The translations under genes were made by a program, and so were the position numbers. From the IMG/VR virus record IMGVR_UViG_3300028393_000022: a stretch of DNA of 64,000 nt; one strand, written 5' to 3'. This DNA is from a virus. A model generated the notes under the pieces. The model saw nothing but the letters and a program-made list of their open reading frames with translations. It did not search any database and was not told the DNA's origin. Every line of letters starts with the position of its first letter. Position 1 is the first letter of the stretch. Of this stretch, positions 9,553-18,574 are shown piece by piece.

Positions 9553-9944
9553 AAATAGTCGTCAATGGTACTTTTGATATTCTGCATCGCGGACATATTG
9601 AAATGTTAGAATATGCAAAAAGTCTTGGAGACCATTTACTGGTTTGCATCGATACTGATAGCCGAGTTAAGGAACTCAAAGGATCAGACCGTCCGATTAA
9701 CAATCAGGCTGATAGGGCATTCATGCTCAATGCATTAAAATGTGTAGATGCAGTTTGGATGTTCGCCAATGAAGCCGAATTAGAATATATTCTAGAAACT
9801 TATCAACCAGACGTTATGGTCAAAGGTAGCGACTACGAACACAAACGTATTGTAGGAGAACAGCTTTGCAAAAAAATTAAATTTTATGAACTCGTCGAAC
9901 AATACTCAACAACTAACCTCATTCAACGTATTACTGATCGGTGA
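9549..9944 (+). CDS. Heptose-1-phosphate adenylyltransferase-like (RfaE domain II / HldC)
   Basis: NGTFDILHRGH (HxGH), KGSDRPIN, VKGSDY, YSTTNLI. Confidence 0.85.
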   Translation: MKIVVNGTFDILHRGHIEMLEYAKSLGDHLLVCIDTDSRVKELKGSDRPINNQADRAFMLNALKCVDAVWMFANEAELEYILETYQPDVMVKGSDYEHKRIVGEQLCKKIKFYELVEQYSTTNLIQRITDR

Positions 9945-10668
9945 TAGTTGCACTGATGAATACAAGATCGGAACTGTAGATAGATTAAGTCCCGAGGCTC
10001 CTGTCCCCATTATAAAATTAACAAATGAATATTCACTACCGGGTATGTCTGCAAATGTTCTAAGGAACCTACAGAACTTAGACATCAATCCAGACTTTGT
10101 CACTAACGATAGTGAAATTAAGAAAACAAGATACATTGATCAAAAATCTGGACAGCATCTATTAAGAGTAGATACTGAACCCGCAGTTGTTCCTTGGGAT
10201 GGTAAGACTCCTAACCATATTAAATCATATGATGCTATTTTAATATCAGATTACAACAAGGGTTTTCTAACATATGAAAGTGTAGAACAAGTTATTCGTT
10301 CTGCTAATTGTCCTATATTCATTGATACAAAGAAACAAGACTTATCTAGATTTAGTGCCGCTTGGACATATATAAAAATCAACGAATCAGAATACAAGAA
10401 TCGGTATAGTATTCCAAAACATTTAATTGTCACTCTTGGAGACAAAGGCGCCCAATTTAACGGTAAGATGTATTCAACTACACAAGTAGAAGTTATGGAC
10501 GTATGTGGATGCGGTGATACATTTATGTCTGCATTGGCTGCTCAATATCTCTTTACAAAAGACATAGAAGCTGCTATAATATTTGCTAACGTGGCGGCAG
10601 GTATAACTGTGCAACACCGCGGAAACTACGCACCTACACTTGACGAGATTAGAAATGCCGGATATTGA
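9886..10668 (+). CDS. Heptose-7-phosphate kinase-like PfkB (RfaE domain I / HldA)
   Basis: RLSPEAPVP, ISDYNKG, DVCGCGDTF. Confidence 0.85.
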   Translation: MNSSNNTQQLTSFNVLLIGDSCTDEYKIGTVDRLSPEAPVPIIKLTNEYSLPGMSANVLRNLQNLDINPDFVTNDSEIKKTRYIDQKSGQHLLRVDTEPAVVPWDGKTPNHIKSYDAILISDYNKGFLTYESVEQVIRSANCPIFIDTKKQDLSRFSAAWTYIKINESEYKNRYSIPKHLIVTLGDKGAQFNGKMYSTTQVEVMDVCGCGDTFMSALAAQYLFTKDIEAAIIFANVAAGITVQHRGNYAPTLDEIRNAGY

Positions 10669-11233
10669 TTTAGATTTTCCAGATAGGACACGGGCACTTG
10701 ATGTTATCAAACACATCCCTGCGGCTATGTCAGATAATGGAACTTTTAAAAAGCACAACACTGGTGTATATTGTCATTCTATTCCTTACAATCCCCTAAC
10801 CGAAACTGCCAGTATAGACTACAAACAAGCAGAGGATCGCGGCTACTTTAAGATCGATTTCTTAAATGTCAGTGTCTATAAAGACATTCGAGATGAAGCT
10901 CACCTAACTAGATTACTCAATACGGAACCATTATGGGATTTATTATTGCAAGACGAATTCGTGAATCTGTTATTTCATGTGAACGGACATGGGGCAATTT
11001 TGAGGATGATGAAGCCGACGAGTATCGAGGAGTTAGCCGCTGTATTGGCTATTATCCGCCCGGCAAAACGATATCTGATTGGGCAAGATTGGTCCGTCGT
11101 GAAGAACGAAGTTTGGCAGAAACCCAACAGCGATGAATATTATTTTAAGAAGAGTCACGCCCATAGCTACGCAGCATTAGTAGTCATACATATGAATCTT
11201 ATCTGCGAAGGTATTAGTTATGGTTTTTCTTAA
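10655..11233 (+). CDS. Miniature DNA polymerase III alpha (DnaE)-like protein
   Basis: MPDIDLDF, KHNTGVY, GYFKIDFLN, PTSIEELAAVLAIIRP and FKKSHAHSYA match DnaE motifs in order within 192 aa. Confidence 0.8.
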   Translation: MPDIDLDFPDRTRALDVIKHIPAAMSDNGTFKKHNTGVYCHSIPYNPLTETASIDYKQAEDRGYFKIDFLNVSVYKDIRDEAHLTRLLNTEPLWDLLLQDEFVNLLFHVNGHGAILRMMKPTSIEELAAVLAIIRPAKRYLIGQDWSVVKNEVWQKPNSDEYYFKKSHAHSYAALVVIHMNLICEGISYGFS

Positions 11234-11591
11234 CCGATCTAACTAACTGAATCGATTTGCGTTTAACACGCTTTTCTGCAATTTCACTAAGATTTACCAA
11301 CGGACCAAACATTAACTCTGCATCTTTGGAGTTAAACGTTTTTATAAAGGGTCTAAATATTTGCATTTCTTTCTTTAGAAAAATATTAATTGGTATTTTT
11401 CTATTGCTTTCCCACCACCAAACTTCACCCATTTCTAAAAACAATTGACGTTCTGTTTCGCCTGTAATCATTGATATGTCATATATGCTGGCAACATAGT
11501 CGTCGAAATTTATAACGATACCTACATATTCCTTATCATTGGACTTGACGCAGGAAATAAAGGGGAAGTTGTCTTGAATTTGTTCTTTCAT
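11214..11591 (-). CDS. Conserved hypothetical protein
   Basis: 125 aa, WWWESNRKIPINIFL; convergent with the mini-DnaE. Confidence 0.65.
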   Translation of the reverse strand: MKEQIQDNFPFISCVKSNDKEYVGIVINFDDYVASIYDISMITGETERQLFLEMGEVWWWESNRKIPINIFLKKEMQIFRPFIKTFNSKDAELMFGPLVNLSEIAEKRVKRKSIQLVRSVKKNHN

Positions 11592-11612
11592 CTAGTTAAA
11601 ATAAATACTTAT

Positions 11613-12449
11613 ATGCAAAATTTACCAATCTATTTATACCCAAACACTCTTGACGTTATATTAGATATGGACGCATCTACTAAGGGAATTAATCAAGTTA
11701 TGTATCAACGAGACTTAAAAGTACAAAAAGGGATTAAAAACTTGATTCAAGTCCAGTTTAAGAATAGCGATCAGAAAAGGGTTCCAATTTTTAACACGCA
11801 AACATTTGTTTTTAGTATGTTTGACGCTATTAATCAGCGACTGATAATTGAAAAACCGTTAGATGTATTAGATGTAGGAACTATTACCACTCGTGGTCTT
11901 GCATTACTGACCCTTACTGAAAGTGATACTCTTGACCTAGATAGAACCAGCTATCAGTATAGCGTAAAATTATTAGACACTGACGGTAGCTATACTCCTA
12001 CATATTCCAATACCTATTACAATGTGTCGGGCACACTGCACCTACAGAACGATGTGATGCCAGTTCTTAAGGACAGCACCAGTGTGGTAAATTTTGAATC
12101 AGTTTGGAACGATGCTACTAGATTGTATGAATTTTCTACAGGGAATATATATGCTAGTCCAGAATTTAACGGAAATGGCGCCTTGCATACTTTGGCTATC
12201 TATATGTCAAGATTTAAAGGCACAGTATATATTGAAGGAACACTAGACAACGATCCTGGTGCAAATAATAACTACAGCATCATCAATACTCTAGGCTATA
12301 ACAGTTTTACCGGAATTGATTATGTTAATTTTAACGGTGTCTATTCATATGTAAGATTTCGGTATGTACCGGCTCAAGCTCCTACAGGTGGAGATAATAG
12401 AGACACTACTTATGCCGGAACAGTTGATAAAATTCTCTATCGAAGCTAA
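11613..12449 (+). CDS. Probable virion structural protein (beta-rich)
   Basis: TAAATA 5 nt upstream of ATG; Thr/Asn/Tyr-rich beta pattern. Confidence 0.5.
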   Translation: MQNLPIYLYPNTLDVILDMDASTKGINQVMYQRDLKVQKGIKNLIQVQFKNSDQKRVPIFNTQTFVFSMFDAINQRLIIEKPLDVLDVGTITTRGLALLTLTESDTLDLDRTSYQYSVKLLDTDGSYTPTYSNTYYNVSGTLHLQNDVMPVLKDSTSVVNFESVWNDATRLYEFSTGNIYASPEFNGNGALHTLAIYMSRFKGTVYIEGTLDNDPGANNNYSIINTLGYNSFTGIDYVNFNGVYSYVRFRYVPAQAPTGGDNRDTTYAGTVDKILYRS

Positions 12450-12458
12450 ACTGTATAT

Positions 12459-13466
12459 GTGAATGATATACAATCTGCATTATTAGCATTACTGCCTCCA
12501 AAAAGAAAACTGACATCCGGTGGATGGACAAGTTTTAATGCGCCCTGCTGTCATCATAGAAATGAAGGCAGAGATGATAGACTTCGTGGCGGCATCAAAG
12601 TAGAAAATGATGGATTTGTCTATCATTGCTTTAATTGCGGATTTGCCGCAGGTTGGACTCCGGGCAAACTGTTAAGTAAAAATACCAAAGACTTATTCAA
12701 ATGGGTAGGTATGAGCGAGTTTGAGATAGGTAAACTGAATCTGGCCACTATGAAGATCAAAGATGATCAGCCAGTATTCAAAAAAGCATTTAATCTAACA
12801 CTGCTAGAAAGACCCTTGCCTGACGGAACAATGTCTATAACGGATTGGATCGATACTGCACATTTACCCGATATTTCTGAAGACATTGGTAAAATAATAG
12901 AATATATTTTAGGTCGCGGAATGAAGATGGAATGGTATAACTGGATGTGGTGTGCAAATCCAGGCTACAAAGATCGCGTGTTCATTCCTTTTTATCAAGA
13001 CGGAAAAGTTGTAGGATATACAGGACGTAAGATTACAGAAGGTAAGCCCAAGTATCTAACTGATAGTCAAAGTGGCTATGTGTTTAATATAGATGCCCAG
13101 GACTACACTAGAAAGTTTGTAATTGTATCAGAAGGACAGTTTGACGCTATTGCAGTGGATGGTGTTGCCATAATGACCAATGAGCCCAATGATGCTCAGA
13201 TTGCTAGATTAACTGCACTAGGTAGAGAAGTTATTGTAGTGCCGGACAGAGATCGTCCTGGTGCAAAAATGTTGAAGCACGCCATACAGAATAACTGGAC
13301 TGCCAGTTTGCCGCCTTGGGGTGATGATGTCAAAGACATTGCTGAAGCTGTAAAGAAATATGGACGCTTGTATGTGTTAGCCACAATCTTACACTACAAG
13401 GTCACGGGAGAGATAAAAATAAATCTACTGAAGAAGAAACTAGAAGCAATTAAAGATGATGAATAA
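12459..13466 (+). CDS. DNA primase, gp61-like
   Basis: Zn-binding PCCHH...HCFNC; TOPRIM EGQFDA and PDRD; adjacent to helicase. Confidence 0.9.
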   Translation: MNDIQSALLALLPPKRKLTSGGWTSFNAPCCHHRNEGRDDRLRGGIKVENDGFVYHCFNCGFAAGWTPGKLLSKNTKDLFKWVGMSEFEIGKLNLATMKIKDDQPVFKKAFNLTLLERPLPDGTMSITDWIDTAHLPDISEDIGKIIEYILGRGMKMEWYNWMWCANPGYKDRVFIPFYQDGKVVGYTGRKITEGKPKYLTDSQSGYVFNIDAQDYTRKFVIVSEGQFDAIAVDGVAIMTNEPNDAQIARLTALGREVIVVPDRDRPGAKMLKHAIQNNWTASLPPWGDDVKDIAEAVKKYGRLYVLATILHYKVTGEIKINLLKKKLEAIKDDE

Positions 13467-14922
13467 AAAAGAAAAACAACCTAAACCAAACTACAACTAC
13501 GACATTCAAAAACTGTATCTCGAAATGTTTATGAGTGATGCAGAGACATTTGTCCGCTGCCAAAATATTTTTGATCCATTAAACTTTGACCAACGACTGC
13601 AAGACATTGCTTCATTTATTACCAAGTATGTAGATGAATACAAGGTCATGCCCGAAGCTACGATTGTTAATGCCAGCACAGGTGCGGATCTAAATCCTGT
13701 ACAACTTCCCAAAGAAAACTACGACTGGCTGATGAATGAGTTTGAAAACTTCAGTCGACATAAAGGACTAGAGCGAGCAATTATCAACTCAAGTGATTTG
13801 TTGGAAGCAGGCGATTATGGTCCAGTTGAGAAGCTGATCAAGGATGCTATTCAGATCAGTCTAAATAAAGACATGGGTACTGATTACTTTGAAGACCCTA
13901 GAGCTCGATTGAGTAAACTAAAGGACGGCAATGGACAAATATCTACAGGATGGCCTAGCATTGATAAGAAACTGTATGGAGGTTTCAATAGAGGTGAGCT
14001 TAATATATTTTGCGCTGGCTCCGGTGGTGGCAAGAGTTTGTTTCTGGCTAATATGGGTGTTAACTGGGCGCTCCAAGGGCTCAACGTGCTGTACTTAACA
14101 TTTGAATTGAGTGAAGGCCTGGTGTCTATGCGTTTAGACAGTATGATGACAGGTATCTCAACTCGTGAAGTGTTTAAGAGCATCGATGACGTTGAACTCA
14201 AAGTTAAGATGTTGGGCAAGAAGGCAGGTAATCTCCAGGTCAAGTATATGCCATCGGGCAAGAACTGTAATGATATTCGAGCATACTTGAAAGAGTATCA
14301 AGTTAAGAAAGGCTGCAAGCCTGATGTTATTCTAATTGACTATTTGGACTTGATGATGCCGTTGAGTGTCAAAGTTAGCCCAAGTGATTTGTTTGTTAAG
14401 GACAAATATGTATCAGAAGAGATCCGTAATTTGGCGATGGAAACACAATGTATTACAGTCACAGCTAGCCAGTTAAACCGTAGTGCTGTTGAAGAAATTG
14501 AATTTGATCATAGTCACATCTCAGGTGGCCTGAGTAAGATTATGACAGCAGATAACGTGATTGGTATCTTTACAAGTCGTGCAATGAAGGAACGTGGACG
14601 TTATCAAATCCAGTTTATGAAAACAAGGTCTAGTAGTGGTGTTGGACAGAAAGTTGATCTAGAGTTTAATGTAGAAACACTACGCATCAGTGATCTAGGT
14701 GAGGATGAAGATAGCGGTAGTAGCTTCAGTCAACAAAAGACGCAAGGCGGCGGTAGCAGTGTTTATGCAGGATTGAAACGTACTAGTTCAGTTACAGAAC
14801 AAGTTGACGAGAACGGAGAGATCAATCCCACAGTGGGCTCAAACTTTCCCAAGAGCAAGGCAGCTAATCATGCAGCCGGTATTCGAAACATACTGGCCAC
14901 AATGAACAGCGAAAAAGATTAA
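13456..14922 (+). CDS. Replicative DnaB/gp41-like helicase
   Basis: AGSGGGKS, TFELSE, IDYLDL, TASQLNRS, KTR. Confidence 0.93.
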   Translation: MMNKKEKQPKPNYNYDIQKLYLEMFMSDAETFVRCQNIFDPLNFDQRLQDIASFITKYVDEYKVMPEATIVNASTGADLNPVQLPKENYDWLMNEFENFSRHKGLERAIINSSDLLEAGDYGPVEKLIKDAIQISLNKDMGTDYFEDPRARLSKLKDGNGQISTGWPSIDKKLYGGFNRGELNIFCAGSGGGKSLFLANMGVNWALQGLNVLYLTFELSEGLVSMRLDSMMTGISTREVFKSIDDVELKVKMLGKKAGNLQVKYMPSGKNCNDIRAYLKEYQVKKGCKPDVILIDYLDLMMPLSVKVSPSDLFVKDKYVSEEIRNLAMETQCITVTASQLNRSAVEEIEFDHSHISGGLSKIMTADNVIGIFTSRAMKERGRYQIQFMKTRSSSGVGQKVDLEFNVETLRISDLGEDEDSGSSFSQQKTQGGGSSVYAGLKRTSSVTEQVDENGEINPTVGSNFPKSKAANHAAGIRNILATMNSEKD

Positions 14923-15479
14923 AACCAGTTGGCTATCTGAAGACGACCACTTTCGGCAATGATCTTATGCCACTGGTCGATGTCGTCTAAGCCAAAAAGG
15001 ATCTCAGGATCTGGGGGTATGAAAGTCCATATGTGATTGATACTCCATGGCGCTTCTCCAGCAATCTCGCCTTCCAGGTGTCCCGGCAACCATTTGGTAT
15101 AACCTGCTACTACACGGAAGTTCTCAGGACCCGCATTTTCGCTGATAGCAGCCAGCACACTCATATCATTGCTAACACCAATGGTGTCGCTCAGTTTAAT
15201 AGTCGTGGGGCTGAACCAATCCATACTGTGTATGACATGTATACGATTAGTAGCTTCTGGACCACCATTGTAAAGCGGTTGATCACGGTCGGTATGTAAT
15301 CCCACGTTCTGCATAACAATATCAAAGCTGACATCATTACTAAATGGTTTATTAATTTGTAAGCCTATAGCACCTGTGCTGTCATGATCTAATATCAGCA
15401 TTACGCCCCTACGAGAATACGGGTCTGGTCTTTTAGGATGAGCGGCTAGTAGATAGCCTCTATAGTTTTGTTCAATCAT
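14919..15479 (-). CDS. YqgE/AlgH (DUF179) family protein
   Basis: LLAAHP, GAIGLQINKP, YNGGP, AGYTKWLPGHLEGEI. Confidence 0.85.
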   Translation of the reverse strand: MIEQNYRGYLLAAHPKRPDPYSRRGVMLILDHDSTGAIGLQINKPFSNDVSFDIVMQNVGLHTDRDQPLYNGGPEATNRIHVIHSMDWFSPTTIKLSDTIGVSNDMSVLAAISENAGPENFRVVAGYTKWLPGHLEGEIAGEAPWSINHIWTFIPPDPEILFGLDDIDQWHKIIAESGRLQIANWF

Positions 15480-15508
15480 AACGATATTTAATCGATAAAT
15501 ATTTTAAT

Positions 15509-16198
15509 ATGCGATTACTTGAATTTAATCTAGGTGTTAACGAAAATCCCGACCTGAATCCCAAACTGTGGAAGAATAACGAGCTTATGCTTGATGTTAA
15601 ATCAGCGCTGATTAAAATTGCCCAAGACTTTAAAAAATTCGTAGACATACCTTTTGAAGTACTAGATCTAACCATAACAGGTGGCCAAGTCAGCTATTAC
15701 TACACAGACCAAAGCGATTTGGATCTACACCTGGTTGTAGATATGAATAATACGCCCTGCGATAGAGAAGCAGCCGAATTGTTTGATACCAAACGTATGC
15801 TCTACAAAAAGAAATACACTGTAACGGTAAAAGGTATTCCGGTTGAGCTCTATGTAGAGGATAAAGATTTTCCAGCAGTCAGTGCCAGCTACAGCATACT
15901 AAAAGACAGGTGGATCAAGCATCCAGAACGCAGTCCAGCTGAACTAGATCTGGAAGAAGTCAATAGAATGTCAGAGCAATGGCACAAAATAATCCAGGCC
16001 GTTTTGACGTCAAACGACTTGGAAACCGCTAAAAAAACTATGGGAATGTTGCGGAAATATCGCAAATTAGGCCTAAAACACTCCGGTGAATATGGCGTAG
16101 CTAACTTGGTATACAAAACACTACGCAACAGCAATCTAGTGGAAAAACTCCAAGATTTCATCGATCAAGAGCATGATCGCTCTTTGAGCTTAAAATAA
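15509..16198 (+). CDS. Pol-beta superfamily nucleotidyltransferase-like protein
   Basis: TGG...SDLDLHL and VELYVE; N-terminus MRLLEF; TAAATA upstream. Confidence 0.7.
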   Translation: MRLLEFNLGVNENPDLNPKLWKNNELMLDVKSALIKIAQDFKKFVDIPFEVLDLTITGGQVSYYYTDQSDLDLHLVVDMNNTPCDREAAELFDTKRMLYKKKYTVTVKGIPVELYVEDKDFPAVSASYSILKDRWIKHPERSPAELDLEEVNRMSEQWHKIIQAVLTSNDLETAKKTMGMLRKYRKLGLKHSGEYGVANLVYKTLRNSNLVEKLQDFIDQEHDRSLSLK

Positions 16199-16288
16199 TC
16201 TAAATCTTGTAAACTAATTTCCGGGCTACCGCGTTATATATGTATGCAGGGATAATTCTGCATAATTTAACCAAAAGGAAACTTTATC

Positions 16289-16510
16289 ATGAAATTAGTC
16301 GCAACTTTAATCGCTTCAGCATTTGCTGTTACCGCTTTCGCCGCAGAACCTGCCAAGAAAGAAGAAGCCAAACCTGCCACACCCACAGTGGCAGCTCCTG
16401 CTCCAACAGCCAGTGCTCCAGTTAAGGCTCCTACCAAAAGTGAAGCCAAAGCCGCTCCCGCTAAAAAGGACGACAAAAAGCCTGCTGACGCAGCTACAGC
16501 TAAGAAGTGA
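16289..16510 (+). CDS. Small secreted Ala/Pro/Lys-rich protein (acid-shock-protein-like)
   Basis: Signal peptide MKLVATLIASAFAVTAFA-A; SD AAGGA; low-complexity mature part. Confidence 0.75.
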   Translation: MKLVATLIASAFAVTAFAAEPAKKEEAKPATPTVAAPAPTASAPVKAPTKSEAKAAPAKKDDKKPADAATAKK

Positions 16511-16671
16511 TCTAGAAGAAGGGGATGACACCTACGACGAAGTACTAGATGCACATGTCGGAAGAGTTCGTCCCCAATTGATCGAACCATGGGATGACAA
16601 CAGCCCATTACCCGATCATATACTAGGCAGACTGGCTGAAATTCGAGAACTGGCTCTCAAGGCCTATCGTG

Positions 16672-16699
16672 AAAAAAGGACCTAACTAGTCCTTTTTTT
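16672..16699. terminator. Bidirectional intrinsic terminator
   Basis: AAAAAAGGAC-CTAACTA-GTCCTTTTTTT between convergent genes. Confidence 0.75.
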
Positions 16700-16787
16700 G
16701 CGGGCCCAGATTCAGGAGCCCGAGCCCCACAGCGCGAAGCGCCAAGCGGTAAAAACGATTTTTCCACTCTATTATCTACCCTGATAA

Positions 16788-17330
16788 TTAATCAACAGCG
16801 TGTGAACTCAACTGTCTACGAGCCAAATCCTGCCTTACTTGCTCAATCGCGTCACGTAGATCATGCGACTTGACATGTACAGCCAACCCACCAGCAGCAG
16901 TCCATGCTGCACAGTTGTCCGATCGATCATCTACTAGGATATCTCCGGGCCCGCAATGCTTGTGTTTGTCTGTACTATGCGGCCCAAAAAATACAGGTAT
17001 ATCGGGGAAACGTTCCTGGGCCCAAAGTACTTTGTCATAAAAGACCCAGGGCATGTCATCGTTATGAGGCACAGCAGTGAGAAACCTTAACTCCCAACCC
17101 AGCCGATCACGATACCCTCTAGCCAAATCTACTAAGACTAGAGCATGGGGCATCAAGGGCAAATCACGATACATGCGATGTTCGTTACGTAGCTTTAGCC
17201 ACTCTTGGTCGGTGTTTTTATAGTGCCCATTTACAAACTTTTCTCGTAATGGTCTCCCCAATACACGGGCAGCACCCGCATCCCAATCGGCTACGACGCC
17301 GTCCATATCTAGATAAAATGTATTAGTCAT
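16788..17330 (-). CDS. HAD-family 5'(3')-deoxyribonucleotidase
   Basis: YLDMDGVVAD, FLTA, K, ILVDDR. Confidence 0.88.
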   Translation of the reverse strand: MTNTFYLDMDGVVADWDAGAARVLGRPLREKFVNGHYKNTDQEWLKLRNEHRMYRDLPLMPHALVLVDLARGYRDRLGWELRFLTAVPHNDDMPWVFYDKVLWAQERFPDIPVFFGPHSTDKHKHCGPGDILVDDRSDNCAAWTAAGGLAVHVKSHDLRDAIEQVRQDLARRQLSSHAVD

Positions 17331-17775
17331 TGAAGGTATATATGTAGTTGACTGTATTGCTGTTGACGCTGAGTACGTCTGCACCATTGCGTGTATGAAA
17401 TGAGCGAGCCATATCAGTGGGTGGCGATAGTGTGACGTATTGAGTGATATTCTTACGTGTAGCTCTTATATTAGCACAGGCTTCACGTATAAGTCTACGG
17501 CCAGCACCGGGTGCATAACTCCAAATGGTATAGAATACTGCTACAGTGGGGGTACCCTCGTTAGGCACAGCTAACTCAAGCACATCTTTGGGCACTGAAT
17601 CTTTATAAGCAGCACAGACCACAGCTTGTGGCTTCAAATACTGTTCATCCAACAGTACAAACACAGCACATGACTCAGAAACTCTAAACTCACGTGGTAT
17701 TTCTGGGCGTACTGGATCATCTCTAATGAGTTCTAACAGTGGGTCTGACAGTGTGGTAATAATGTGTAGGGGCAT
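17323..17775 (-). CDS. GNAT-fold protein resembling the malonyl-CoA decarboxylase catalytic domain
   Basis: TVAVFYTIWSYAPGAGRRLI...VTLSP. Confidence 0.6.
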   Translation of the reverse strand: MPLHIITTLSDPLLELIRDDPVRPEIPREFRVSESCAVFVLLDEQYLKPQAVVCAAYKDSVPKDVLELAVPNEGTPTVAVFYTIWSYAPGAGRRLIREACANIRATRKNITQYVTLSPPTDMARSFHTRNGADVLSVNSNTVNYIYTFND

Positions 17776-17820
17776 ACAGAGCAATAAGTATTATATACGT
17801 ACTTATACAAAATAACAAAA

Positions 17821-18030
17821 ATGCACCTAATATTCCCGGAAGCAGCAGACAGTAGCCCAGCATTGCTAATGTTGAGAGTTTATCTAGTACTGTGGAGTCA
17901 ACGTACTGGCATCAAGCATGATTTCAGACTGGACGATCCACGTGGACTTATAGTGACATTGCCATTAGAACAACACTATACACAGTTTGCTCTACAGTGG
18001 GATCACGGTGAATTCTATATAGTAGAGTAA
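17821..18030 (+). CDS. Small protein with FALQW motif
   Basis: YTQFALQWD resembles the C-terminus of the 7.2-8.6 kb family. Confidence 0.5.
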   Translation: MHLIFPEAADSSPALLMLRVYLVLWSQRTGIKHDFRLDDPRGLIVTLPLEQHYTQFALQWDHGEFYIVE

Positions 18031-18105
18031 AAAAACAGCGCAAAAAAATTTTAGATGCCAAAATGTGTTGACAGTGAGAGTTTTACACTGTACACTGTAA
18101 GAACT

Positions 18106-18315
18106 ATGTACTTAAAATTAACCAACGCTAGCCCACAGCACAGAGGCACCAAATTAGCCATAGACCGCGATCTAGTAGTGACTGCACACAGTAGTCAAGT
18201 GACTAGAGACGATGGATTAACGGAAATGGTGACATTCTTGTTCTGCCCGCCACACGGCACTTGGGAAGTGAGCGAGACTTTTGATCAAGTGTTGAGCCAG
18301 TTGAACAAAGTCTAA
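18106..18315 (+). CDS. FlbD-like small protein
   Basis: MYLKLTN...AIDRDLV...WEVSETFDQVLSQL; TTGACA-N17-TACACT at 18068-18096. Confidence 0.55.
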   Translation: MYLKLTNASPQHRGTKLAIDRDLVVTAHSSQVTRDDGLTEMVTFLFCPPHGTWEVSETFDQVLSQLNKV

Positions 18316-18429
18316 AGAATTGATCAGACCGAGGTCGAGTGCGGGCAAAAAAATTTGCCGCGCAGTTAAAAATAGGTCAAGAGATCTCGGCCCCTGGTGA
18401 TCTAGTCTAACCATGGTGGTAAAAACTGT

Positions 18430-18574
18430 GGGGAATGATTTGGGGAGTGGGGGATGAATTTGGAGATTGGGGAAAGGTTTGGCATGCAAGCTGCACACTG
18501 CAACAGTGCAACAGCGTGTGCAACCTGACCACCCCCCACCATGTCCCACCCGGGCCGGCCACCCCCCACACCCC
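18430..18574. repeat. G-tract / TGCA repeat / C-tract non-coding element
   Basis: Four G4-5 runs (18430-18472), five TGCA (18485-18522), five C3-6 runs (18532-18574). Confidence 0.7.

Noticed and set aside
563-14922. Inteins in UvsX, UvsW, primase or helicase
   Set aside because: Lengths are normal and no C/S...HN insertion is visible
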